Below are positions 51,300-63,237 of a stretch of DNA of 64,000 bases, piece by piece. The first letter of the stretch is position 1, and every line of letters begins with the position of its first letter. The position numbers were made by a program, and so were the translations under genes. The stretch is from the NCBI GenBank assembly GCA_017499595.2, contig CM039002.1, forward strand, positions 3,224,001 to 3,288,000. Direction: 5' to 3'. The DNA is from Psilocybe cubensis. Its lineage: Eukaryota. Below the pieces are notes generated by a model, which was given only the letters and a program-made list of their open reading frames with translations, was not told where the DNA came from and searched no databases.

Positions 51300-54200
51300 A
51301 TGGCCGCTGCTCTTACTGGCGGAAGTAGCGCCATAAAAATTGGCAATATCGAACTTCTTGTTGGAGCTTCAAACTACAATGCTTGGCGTCGCGGAATGAC
51401 AATGTTCCTACGAACAAACAATTTATGGGGATACATCGAAGGAAATCTCAGAGCGCCAAATCCGAGGCACCACAACGCTCAACAACTCGCCCCTCACGTT
51501 CCACTCCAGGGTGCAACCAATGCACAAGAAGACGCCTACAATGCATGGAGTTTTAATGACATGAAGGCACGCTCTCTCATAGAACACCGAATCTCACCTG
51601 TGTCCCTGTCACTTCTCCCATACGAGAAGTACAAAACCGCACGCGAAGTCTGGGCTGCAATTAAGTTACTATATGCGCGTCAGGACACGGCCAGTCAATT
51701 CCTCATCAAGGATCGCCTGCACTCGTTGAAGCTGAAAGATCATAACAATCTCGACAACTACATCAGTGAATTTCAACGCGGTTGATCCAAACTCATCGAG
51801 ATGGGAGTGCCATACACCGAGTACGAAATGGTTCATGGCATTATTCGCGGCCTGCCAAATCATGGCTCCTGGCAGCATTTTCAAATGCTCCTGACACAGA
51901 ACATGGAGGATCATATTGCCCGACAGAGCGCTGCAAATCCAGATCCTCCTGACACTTTGCTGACAAGAACCATCTCACGTTTGACAGTTGAATGCGCCCG
52001 TTTGGCCTATAGGAATCCTTCCAGTCGCACAAATGGCCCGGGATCCGAGTACGTCAACCTCGTCAATGAAGCAACAGGTGTTCGCATACATGATAAAAAT
52101 CCGGATGGCGTGGCATGCACAGTCTGCAAATTACGGTCTCACGACGCGGCTCACTGTTTTGCGAAAGGCGGTGGCATGGAGGGCCAAGGCCCAAGGGGAA
52201 AAGGGAAGGAAAGAGCGAAAGCAAAAGACGTCGACAAAATATTAAAGGCTGAAGTCGCCGCTGCTGCTGTGACTGAAGTCGCTGCTGTCGTTGTGCCGAC
52301 TGCTTCAACGTCAACATACGTCTCGCCCTCTTTCTACCCAAACGACTTTCTCGGTGACTTGTCGTGTGCAACCATTGAAGAGGTCTCTTCAAACGCACCT
52401 TTAGATCTCACTGCCATGGCGTCAACCCTCGCAAACACAATCATTGATTCAGGCACTACTTCGCACTTAATCAAAGACCGCTCTTATTTCTGGTCCTATG
52501 AGCCAGATGCTGCACGCAATATGGTAACTGCAAACGCCGGCGTACTTCGCACCAAAGCACGAGGGACCTGCTATATGCGCGTCTCCCTCAATGCTCACTC
52601 CACTGTCGTCAAACTGAACGACTGCTTACATTCACCTGACGCAACACTCAACTTGCTGTCGCTAGGTCGAATTGTTGCGAAGAACAGCAAAATTGGCTTT
52701 GCCTCCGATGATGGTGTCTTCTCACTCATTCGCAAAAATCCGCACAGCGTTATCTACAAGAACAACATCATCAATAATCTTTTCTTCCTCAACGTCGAGT
52801 TCTTACCTCCATTGCCTGATTCTAACATGGTAGCAGCAACCTGTTGGCTTGCATTTGCCTCTAACCGGGCTTGCAAGGGCGGAAACCCTATGGGAGTCTG
52901 GACTTCTTAGTCACTACAGGCTAGATATCAAGTTCAGGGGGTGTGTTGACATATAACTCTCTATCTACCCATGGGTCATGTAGCTCAGTGGTAGAGCATT
53001 GGCATATATAGCTCATTCGCAAAAATCCGCACAGCGTTATCTACAAGAACAACATCACCAATAATCTTTTCTTCCTCAACGTCGAGTTCTTACCTCCATT
53101 GCCTACGCTTCCTCGAACTCTAATGCCAGAATCTGTAATGCCAGAAGTTGCATTATACGCCAAAGTCCCAGAAACCCTTGATCTGTGGCACCATTGCATG
53201 GGTCACATCAGGGAAGCTGCAACAAGGCGCCTCGTGCACTCCACAATAGGCGTTATCTTGCCTGCAGGAGATAAAATGGAAAGATGCGAACCTTGCATCA
53301 TTGGGAAGCATGCCAGGCACCCCACTCCCTCTTCCAAAACTCCCAAAGCGGACTGCCTTCTAGCAATTGTCTACGTCAACGGTTGTGGTCCTTTCCCTGT
53401 GTTGACCCCACACGGAAAGTTATACATGATTGTCTTCATGGATGATTGCTCCGACGCCATAAAGTACCACTTACTTGCCGACAAATCACAAGCGCTGGAT
53501 GCATATCTCATCACTAAACGCGCCTGGGAACGCAAGACTGGCAAATTACTCAAAGTCCTTTGTTTTGATCCTGCTGGAGAGTTTACCTCGAAAGCCTTTC
53601 TCAGTCAATTAGAAGCTGACGGCGTCATCGCAGACGTGATTCCTCATTCCGAGCACTGGAAGAATGGCAAAATGGAGCGTTGTTTGAGGACACTGCAAGG
53701 ACGGATGCTTGCAATGATTACTGCTGCTCAACTTCCACTCTGGTATTAGGGCGAAGCCGCTTTGTGCGCCGCCTACCTATGGAATCTTACTGTGATCTCT
53801 TCACTGCCTAAAGATGTCACTCCTTTTGAAATTTTCCAAGAGCGTAAGCCGAACATTTCGTACCTTCGTGTGTGGGGGTGCAGGTGTTTCGCGCATGTAC
53901 CGCTCGATCTTCAATCCAAACTCGGTGCAAAATCCATTGAATGCATTTTCATGGGTTATCCACCCTCTGGAAGAGGATACAGAGTACGTTGCCTGTCAAC
54001 TAATCATTTCTTCGACTCCGGGTCTGTTTATTTTGACGAGAACATACCATACAAAGCTCGACTGCAGATTTCGGAGGAAGAAATGGACTACTCTTCTTTC
54101 CCTTTCCCACAAAATGTCCACGATAGCGTGTCATCCCAATGTAATCAACGTGCGAGCCACTCAAAGTCCGTGTCTTCATCATCCGAACCCACAGCATCCC

Positions 54201-55140
54201 CAGACCCTGCGGTCATTCAGGCCTCACCGCAATCCACTGACTCTCTTCCCTCGTCACCTGAACCTGCTGTCTCCCCAGCTGAACAGGCGAGTCACGCACC
54301 TCCACCAGCAGCCAGTCTGCGAGAAACACGGAAACTTACCTCAGGCGGCGTCCGATGGAAAGAAACGGTAGAAGCGGCAAAAGTGCATCTAGAAAAATGC
54401 AGGGAAAATCGAGCTCTACGGCAGGCAGCCCGAGAGCGTGCAGCATTGCTAGCGGAGGTGGAGGTGATGTGTGTGGAGGAAGTTCGGGCGGAAGATGAAG
54501 AGTTTGTATGCCTCTGCAAAGACGCCATTGGTGCTGAGATTCCAGACATGTTCCCAGCTGTTGAAGGAAACGAACCTGTTGTGAAAATAGATGATCTGGC
54601 AGCCATGGTTGCTTCTCTGGATGTCGCCGATTATCTTCAGCGGGACGTCAACAGCTCTTTTGAAACGGCTTTCCTATCTGTTCAAAGCGACACAGCACGT
54701 AATCCAAAAGCACCGGGATATGACATGTCTATTCCCCCCGCAAATTTCTATGAGGCGATGAAGAGACCCAATGCGGAGGAGTGGCGGAAGGTGATGCTGA
54801 AGGAATTAGAGGATCTAAAGAAAATGGGAGTTTATGAGATTGTTTTCCTTCCGGAAGGCTGTCACTGCATTGGGAATCCTTGGGTACTCGAGTTCAAATC
54901 GCCGCCCGATGGAGGCCCTCTTGTTTATCGTGCAAGACTGGTTGCACAAGGGTTTTCACAGGTGCACATGGTTGATTATGACGCGGTGTTCGCACCTGTC
55001 GTCAAATCACCCTCAGTTCGCATGATTGCTGTCTTTGCAGCTGTCAACAACTGGGAACTCGAGTGCTTTGATGCAACTCGTGCTTTCCTGTGGGGCGACC
55101 TTGCGCGAGTCATTTATATGCGCTTTCCGAAAGGCTACAG
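51300..55140 (+). mobile_element. Ty1/Copia gag-pol, degenerate and 3'-truncated inside RT
   Basis: gag (LVGASNYNAW; CTVC...HDAAHC), protease (IIDSGTTSH), GAG-pre-integrase (LWHHCMGH, CEPC), integrase (VNGCGP, DPAGEF, NGKMER), RT start (YRARLVAQGFSQ, FDATRAFL, IYMRFPKGY). Stops at 51783 and 53747. No YVDD, RNase H or 3' LTR. Confidence 0.93.
52725..53104 (+). repeat. 93-bp direct duplication bracketing a 194-bp foreign insert within Copia pol
   Basis: 52725-52817 = 53012-53104 (1 mismatch); insert 52818-53011. Confidence 0.92.
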
Positions 55141-56170
55141 CTCCATCGGCAAAAAGGACAAGATCCCCAAATGCCTTGCCAAGGCATTTGGAGGCGTCCA
55201 AAGGCCCCAAGGCCCAAATGGCCTTTTATATTGACTAATTAGAGACTCGGAAGTCTAAAAGACTCCGAATCCTTGATTCAAACCAAATGTTTTAGGTAGC
55301 TCTAAATATAACCCAATCATTTGGATAACCTTTGAGAGTCCCGAAAACATTTGGACAACATTTGAGAGACCCAAAATTTTAATTGGTTCACACACTAATG
55401 CTCGTATTTTATTCCTAGCAGCCACGTCAGGCAATCACACAATATAAATAGTAATCAAACGAGAAATTTCATTGAATAGGATTCTAATACAACAGAGGCT
55501 ACACAGAAACAATATGATTTGTGACTACACAGCCAACGGGCAAGCGTGTGAAAAGGTTACCATAACTCGCATAATTTGATTGAAGAAGATCTAGAACGAT
55601 TGAATCATAGTAAGCAAAATGTAAAATATATGCGTGTCAAATGCACATATATGCGCATATACTCACATTTAAGTTAACAGAAATGGCTGTATAGTCATTC
55701 AAGGTACTGGTAGAGGAAATGGAACTTGGTTAGTTGGAGTTGCCCAATGAGACAAGTACATCATAAAAAGTGCGGGTAGATTACAAAGCATTGTAAACCC
55801 AATTAAATATTTTTTTATTCGAAATTCTCACACTGCGTTACAACCCTCTTGAAATGTTGTGAGAAACCGGAAATATTGCAGTGTGAATAAATTAATTTGA
55901 GGTTTACAATATTTTTGGGTATTGCAATATGAAAGAATAAGCGGCTAGTTTATAATCTCAACAAATTACTGTATGAGATGACAAGGAATCAAGAGCGTTA
56001 TAAAACATTGCGAGAATTTATTGGGTTTCTCAATGATAAGGAGGATTGAATGGGATTTTGAGGCACCCAGAAGATTATAATAGAACAAATTTATTTATTC
56101 AGTAATAAAAGTACAGGCATGGTATGTAAAGCAGGGCAGAGCAGAGCAATAATTACAGCAATGAGAGACA

Positions 56171-58306
56171 TCAGAATTTCTTAGCCTTACGTTTGATAGG
56201 TTGGCGCGTTCCCTTGGCCTGGGTCCTGGCCTTTTTAGCTGGTGGTTCTTCACCGTCGGCGGCGGTGGCGTCAGAATTGGGAGCAGGAACGGCATCAGCG
56301 TTGGGAGTAGGCAGGGCCTCATCCCCGGTCTCGAAGGGGTCTGAAGGTGGTGCCTGTAGCTAATATGAGCCCTAAATAGAGAATGTAATAGATACACTCA
56401 CGTCTTTGCGCTTTGGACCAGGGCGGCGTGGCGCCGCTTTCCTCTTTGCAGGGAGCTAATCATAATATTAGTGTAATGAACCAATCTCGAGTGAAAATGC
56501 ACCTTGATCTTGATCGGGGCTGGTGGGGAAGGGGAGCGTTCGTTTTCGGAAGAAAGAGAGGAAGAATCCTCGGAAGGGAGGTCAGGGGGGGATTCTGAAG
56601 GGATCCTAATCGCGTTTAATGCCATTCGGCGACGGGAGACTTGTTGAGGCACAGGTTCCGCCAGTGAAACAGCTGCAAATGCTTTAGCTAGCGCTGGTGC
56701 AGACCCATTATCTGGGGCGGGGTGGGAGGAGGGTGCGCGTGCTTGAGGAGATGCAGGTGCGGGTGTGGGTACACGAGCAGGTTCGGGTGTGGGTGCACGA
56801 GGGGGTGCGGGTGCAGGTGCACGAGCAGGTGCACGAGCAGGTGCACGAGCAGGTGCAGGTGCTTGAGCCGCAGCGGCCATTTGAGCTTTACGCCGTTCTA
56901 CCGGGTCTCTGAGGCGTCTGTCGCGTGCACTACCTTCCAAAGGGGACGACTTCTTGTCATGATCCACGGGCTCAGATGGCAAGATAATGTTCCTAGAAAT
57001 TCATTAGCATAAAATCAAGCGCGTAAGGCACGCTTACTCTTGCCACCAAGCCACAGTCTCCTTGGCCCACGTATCGTCATCAGAAAGACCCGACAGAAGC
57101 GTCAGAATAGATGCGTAGAGGCGGTCGGCCTTCAAAATGCTCTTCGCCTCAGGCCAAGTCTTACCGCTGATTGCAATGACAAGCTTTGAAGGAGGTTAGC
57201 ACTGACAGACTACTGGCAATGTCCACTTACCATCATGCAATAATAACATATGAGTCTTATCGTTAGTTCATATACTTTGTGAATCTGTCCTTTGCTGGCA
57301 CGTCCTCCAAGCCTGTTGGCCTCGCCTACAAGCATACGTTGGACAAACTAGAGTGCCAATATGTATCAATGACATGTCAAAACATAAAAAAAAACTTACT
57401 TGGGGACCCAAGGGTGGTCGAAACAGACCTTGGACCTCGTCGTCTATGTCAAATGGGATGTCAGGGTCATACAAGCAAGCTGGCCAATCCAGCGCGTCTC
57501 CATTTTTGGTATCGGCTTCGAGTGATTCACATCGCACGCTATCCACAAATAAATCAACTCATATTCGCAGAAAATAACAAGCCGACTTACAGAATTTCAC
57601 GCGCATTGAGGTCGGCGAGCTCGGCGAACTTGACACGCGGGATTAAAAGAGCGGCGTATGCAGGGTGTTTATAGCCCCGGTTCACCCTGGCACAGGCCAG
57701 TTTGTAGGCCTGTAGGTCAAGTGGGACCCTCAGATCAAATGGGATCAACTCCAGGATCAACTTATGTGCCTTGAAGAGATTGTCGGATCGCGAATGAGCT
57801 GCAGCACTCGATACCTTACAAGTATGGTTAGTCGATCTGTACATGCGACCTCACAAAATTCTTACCAAATCAATGACTTTGCCAATCAAGGCAGAATTGT
57901 CCTCGCACTTCTTGATGATATCCATAAGGTCGGGCATCAAGTCCTGCATCTCATAGAAGGACCAGAGCTTGGGTTGTAAACTAATATATGCATAAATCAA
58001 TGCCCCAGGAAAAAAAAGGCGCATATACTTACTCCAATATTTGTTGTCGGGTCATACCATCCGTTATATGGTTGGCCAGAAACTCGAGACCCTCTTGGAT
58101 GACGCTCTTTACGTTCATAAATGGGTCGATGGACTGGTGAATCCATCTCGCGCCCTTCAGAGTGTCTGCTAGTTCGGGGCATCTACAAATAATGTTAGCG
58201 GTTAACGCGCACAGGGACGGGGGAGGGGGGGGATTCAGGCTTACTCGAGTTCTTTGTTGGTGTCGATAGCCGTGAGGGCTTTTTCAATCTGGGTCGGGGT
58301 GAGCAT
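56171..58306 (-). CDS. Multi-exon transposon-associated protein (DUF6698-like) with Ala/Pro repeat tail
   Basis: Start CCACCATG at 58306; many ~50-bp GT..AG introns; NRGYKHPAYAALLIP and WPACLYDP...QGLFRP motifs; APAR repeats; basic C-terminus KRKAKKF*. Family name is from recall only. Confidence 0.55.
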
Positions 58307-58539
58307 GGTGGTGGATGGTGGTGGTACGGGAAGAAAAGGGATGAAAAAAACTCCCTTCCGCATATACCGAGCGCAGTGGTTATGTAATGGACACCTGAGG
58401 AGGTACAGATGTCCGCGCTATTCCGCGCCATTGCCATAACTAGCGGGCGAAGGAGGCGCGATCGCCATTGACAGCGAGCTGTCAGAGGATAAAAATAGCC
58501 CACCGCGAATCACCATAGCCAGGAGGTAGACACCCAAGA

Positions 58540-59105
58540 CGCCCCAGGTATACCCGTGCGTTGAAGCTTGTGGCCAGGGCTTTCGACGACGAGAAGGGGT
58601 GTATACGCGCACCGAACGAACCCCCAGGTATCTCCGTGGGTTGAAGGGGGCTGGTAGTCCGTAGCAGCGACAGGAGCACCCTACAGAGTACAGAATTGCC
58701 ATAGTCAAGCAGCCGCACCCAACAAACCCTCAGGTATTTCCGTGGGTTGAAGGGTGTGAGCACCGACTTGACCAGCCTACAGACTACGGAATCACCATAG
58801 TCAGCAGACTGCCACCAAACTCCGAGACGAACAACCGCCAGACTACAGAAATACCATAGTCAAGCAGCCGCACCCAACGAACCCCCAGGTATTTCCGTGG
58901 GTTGAAGGGTGTGGGCACCGATTTGAGCAGCCTACAGACTACGGAATCACCGTAGTCAGCAGACTGCCACCCAACGAACCCCCAGGTATTTCCGTGGGTT
59001 GAAGGGTGTGGGCACCGACTTGAGCAGCCTACAGACTACGGAATCACCGTAGTCAGCAGACTGCCACCCAACGAACCCCCAGGTATTTCCGTGGGTTGAA
59101 GGGTG
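58540..59105. repeat. 97-bp-period tandem repeat with internal hairpin, in a divergent promoter region
   Basis: CAACGAACCCCCAGGTATTTCCGTGGGTTGAAGGG recurs at 58875, 58972 and 59069 (period 97), with degenerate copies upstream. Units contain GACTACGG-AATCA-CCGTAGTC. Confidence 0.9.
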
Positions 59106-59235
59106 GTAGTGGTGCGGAAGTCAACAGAGCCAACAAACGGAACCCTACCCAAATTCAGATTCCGCCTGATGGCAATTTCAAACTCCGACACGCGTGGTGA
59201 TCTCAACACGTTCCTGCGTCATTGGTTCTTCTTCG

Positions 59236-59431
59236 CTACCCAGGCTCATTGCTCGGGCAGCCTCACTACCCAGGCTCATTGCTCGGGCAGTACACGCAAA
59301 CTACCCAGGCTCATTGCTAGGGCAGAACGCGAGACACTACCCAGGCTCATTGCTTGGGCAGAACTCATAAACTATCCAGGCTCATTGCTAGGGCAGAACG
59401 CTTAAACTACCCAGGCTCATTGCCAGGGCAG
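59236..59431 (+). repeat. Hairpin array 1: 6 x 25-bp CTA(C/T)CCAGGCTCATTGCNNGGGCAG with 5-11-bp linkers
   Basis: Units start at 59236, 59266, 59301, 59337, 59372 and 59407. Confidence 0.95.
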
Positions 59432-59475
59432 TACGCACAGATAAATTGGAATTCCTGCTCCCCCGACTGTCCATA

Positions 59476-62400
59476 ATGCCCCCCGTATGTATCTTACAAT
59501 ATCGAGGTGTATTTGGTTGCTAATTCTACGTACAACAGACTACGCCCTCCTTTGACTGGTCCCAGGGCTCCGTCTTCCTACAAGACGGTATAATTTACTA
59601 CTCTCCCAATTGTAACCGACCAGTCCGTATCAAGGCCCCAGAGCGGAATCACCCCCACCCATTCCCCGAACGTGCAGAGCCAGATCCCACCTCTGTCAAG
59701 CATCCTGTCTGGTGGACAGACACCTTTGGGTGGATGTCCTTCATACCGCTCAACCCATCCTTTATCTCCGACCCCTTCGACACCTTTACCTGGCAGCCTG
59801 AGCTGGATGTAACTCCTAGCTATAATACTCCACCCGGTCCCACTCTCTACCAGCTCGAAATTCATACTATAAAGCATTGGCGGTTTAAGGAACAATGTTT
59901 ACTGGAAGCTGCGCACAAAATGAAGCTATGGTACCACGTACCAGCCAGTCAACCACCCCCGCCTTCCATCTTTAAATACGATGAGCCCTACACATCGAAA
60001 GAAGAAGCTTATCGCCAGATTAAATTGGCGCGAGATTGGTTTGCCGTATGGATGGGATTCTTTGCATATTTCGCTGCGTGTGCAAAGTATGACAAGTATT
60101 GTGCAGGAAAGATGGTGAGAGAACAGGGCGAGTTACTACCCCGATGGTATACCAGGCTGCTCGAGGAGGTTCCGATGCTACAGCGATCCTGGTTGGACGG
60201 GCTTTTAACATCGCCAGCGTGTGTATTCTCACCCGACACTCAGCGTGCAGGGATAGTTATTCCCTGGTATGAATATGACAATCGGAGGCCCGAGATACAG
60301 TTCTTCCTGGACCAGCAGATTCCTGTTTTCTTTCCGTGGTGTGCCATCGCAGAACAGGCCATCATAAACAACCCCACCCTTCGCTATCTTGAGCCTCCTG
60401 CAAACCTTGTTCGGGATGCCCTTGAGAAGTTTCTGAACCGATTCCCCAGTGTTCCTCTCGCTGGCCTAATCCTTAGGTCCTACTTTTGATTTCATGATCG
60501 CCCGCTGCACTCCACCAAACATATATTGAGAATGGAACACAGTACGTCGTTGGTCACGAAATATATGTATGAAAAATTTGCCTCGCAAACCGACAAGGTC
60601 AAGGCGGCTATGGAGGAGAACCAGGTGGAGGCCACGGTTGCAGAATTGAGGGAGATAGTAAGCCGAGCCATGGACATGGACCTCGCAGAGGCCGAGCGAG
60701 CCATAGCAAATCTCCCCACTCACGATTGGATGGACAAAGGTGACTACCACCGGAGAGGAGAGTTGTACGACCACGTCTCGATATTCTTGGAGAAACGCGA
60801 GAGAAACCAGCGCTTTATCATTGCGACTGAGACCGAGGACGCAAAGATCAAAAGGCTTCAAAGAGAGGAGGCCCTCCCGGGGTACAACACATCGGTCTAT
60901 AGGTGGAAAAGTGTCACAACGCCGGGGGGGGAAGGAATTATACATGCGAGTTCGCCTCCTTCGATCAAAGCACGAGAGACTGTTCGCAAAGGTGCCTCCC
61001 TCTCAACGAACATACAATGCAGTCTCAAACGAGTGGGACATTTTTGATGAAGTGGATTTGCCACGAAAATATCTGCAATTTGTGGACCCCCCTCCTAGGA
61101 AGGACGGTTATATCTACGACTATCCTATCCAAGCCGCCCGCATCAATCCCCAGTCCATCATCCCCGACAACGATGTACCCCGTGTGGAATCCGTTCCCGT
61201 CATCCCAGAACCCTGTGTAGACTCTTCCTCGGGTGGTGCGACTTCCCCTCATGAACCTCAGTACGAAACATTCCCCATGGACACGGAGGAATTTCAGGAG
61301 GGGCCTTCCCAGCCTCCGGTACATCGTCCAGAGCCGGGCCCCTCCACCATGGATACCGACACTGATGAAGCTTCGAAAATCCACGATTACGATTGGGACA
61401 CCGCCGACCTCATCTCCAACTTGCGATACAGCTATGGATTCGTAGCCTCTGTAGTCCCGAAGAAGGAGGATAAGACACCGGAAGGCTGGAAACACGCCTG
61501 TCAACACTTTGGGTTTAGGAAGGATGGGGCAGAACAGTTTGTCTCAAACACGGATCATCAACTCATCTGTCAGTTTCATGACGGTTTGATGGGGTCAACT
61601 GACCGTCCGCTCCCTCAAGACATTCACGATCTCCACCCGCAAAATTACCTATCCCTTCAAGTTTTAGGGAATCTCAGCCTCATCCATCGGCCCATCCCAA
61701 ATCTATTTGTTTTCGCTCATCACGACATACGTGCACCTCAGGAAGAGTCCGACAGAATGTCTGCTGATTGGAGTATTGGAGTCGAAACCCCAGAGGCTGC
61801 TTTATATGTCTTACGAGTCTTCCAGTCCCATCCTGGGCATACAGTTGTCAGTGTGGCACACAGACTTTTGTCCAAAGGAGTGCAGTTTCGAACTCTTGTC
61901 GGGCGTAAAAATGTGGTTCAGGTGCATCAACCCTACAAGGAAGTTACCTTTTACCGCAAAGTCAGCTACAAGTTTACCAACGACGACTATGAGTCCTCGA
62001 TGCTGGCCTGTCGGCAGATACTGGACCAACAACGCGGTCGTGCAGCGCTACTCATGGGTGGAATAGTAGGACGAATCGCCAAAGAGTATCTGAGCACAGA
62101 GTCTGTTCTCCAGGGCCCATCAGTGGAATTGCTGAGAAATGGACGCGGATATGTCGCTAATCCAGAGGCCGAGTTGCTGGCTTACTGCGATGACGGGCTT
62201 ACAGAACACGATATTGCGATTATTATCGGGTCGTATTCTCTCATGACGGGTAAGTGTTCACTACATTTAACTGATCGCTCTATTTAATGTCGTTTTTAGA
62301 TTTTAAAAATCAGGTCGGAGTCAAGTCTTGGTTTCCTCCCCCGGCGGTATGGAATGAAATCGACAGGAATGGGATAGGATGGCTGGAATGGACTGAACGC

Positions 62401-62586
62401 AACGAGTACTGGTACCAGACTAGGCTGGAATTAATTCGAAATGGCAAAGCGCAACCTTTAACGCTTCAAGACTGGAAGAGCCTTCTCAAAAATAAGCCAG
62501 TCCGTGTTCTAAGGGAATCGGTGCGAGCTCGATCAGCGGCATTTGTCCATGAACATATCCCCGTAACCAGGAATCCTCGTAGATAG
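59476..62586 (+). pseudogene. Large (~1000 aa) transposon-associated hypothetical protein with one premature stop and one frameshift
   Basis: ATG 59476, intron ~59485-59538, then a frame continuous into ORF 59734. TGA at 60487-60489 (probably CGA>TGA); frameshift in the G-run at ~60924; intron ~62250-62300. C-terminus RGRAALLMGGIVGRIA...GPS...DDGLT...SWFP...WTERNEYWY. Confidence 0.7.
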
Positions 62587-62917
62587 GTAGCACATTTTTC
62601 TTGTTTCTTCATTCACGGATCTACACCACTACTCACAGTCTATTTTTGCCTTCGTACATACTACAAAACAAATTTTATGTATACTATCTATATTTCTTCG
62701 TACAAACTATTGGTCAGATATCATGTATACCACGGAAAAAATTGTTTGGACCTGCATCGAAACATGTGTGAATCAATTCTGAGCCCAAAAAACATAAAAA
62801 AAACATGAGATTGCTTACAGTAAGCCGGTTAGGCCAATCAAAACTCCGCTAAGTTTTGAACTCCGACACCGCGCCCTATCACGCCTGAGGTTGATGTCTG
62901 CACTCTCCTTATTCGCT

Positions 62918-63214
62918 CTACCCAGGCTCATTGCTCGGGTCAGAACGAATCGGTGGCTCGCTATCCAGGCTCATTGCCGGGATAAGAGCTTCCTATCCAC
63001 TGTCCAGGCTCATTGCTAGGACAAGGATTTTCTACCCCCTATCCAGGCTCATTGCTGGGATAAGGGTGTCGTTCGCCTGCCCAGGCTCATTGCTTGGGCA
63101 AGGATATCCCCCCTATCCAGGCTCATTGCTGGGATAAGGGTATCGTTACTCTGCCCAGGCTCATTGCTTGGGCAAGGATTTTCTACTCCCTATCCAGGCT
63201 CATTGCGTGGATAG
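62918..63214 (+). repeat. Hairpin array 2: 8 units with invariant CCAGGCTCATTGC and covarying stems
   Basis: Stems ACCC/GGGT, TATCC/GGATA, TGTCC/GGACA, TGCCC/GGGCA and CTATCC/GGATAG around a 13-nt loop. Confidence 0.95.
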
Positions 63215-63237
63215 TTGTACTTCAGCAGGCCGTAATT

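Noticed and set aside
52973-53005. tRNA gene
   Set aside because: Only the acceptor 5' strand and D-arm are present; no anticodon arm completion, T-arm/B box or 3' acceptor strand.
56700-56865. 12-bp GCACGAGCAGGT tandem repeat as an independent element
   Set aside because: It encodes the APAR repeats of the minus-strand gene.
59236-63214. CRISPR array interpretation of the repeat-linker arrays
   Set aside because: Linkers are only ~5-17 bp and resemble one another, repeats vary in the stems, there are no cas-like genes, and the context is eukaryotic.
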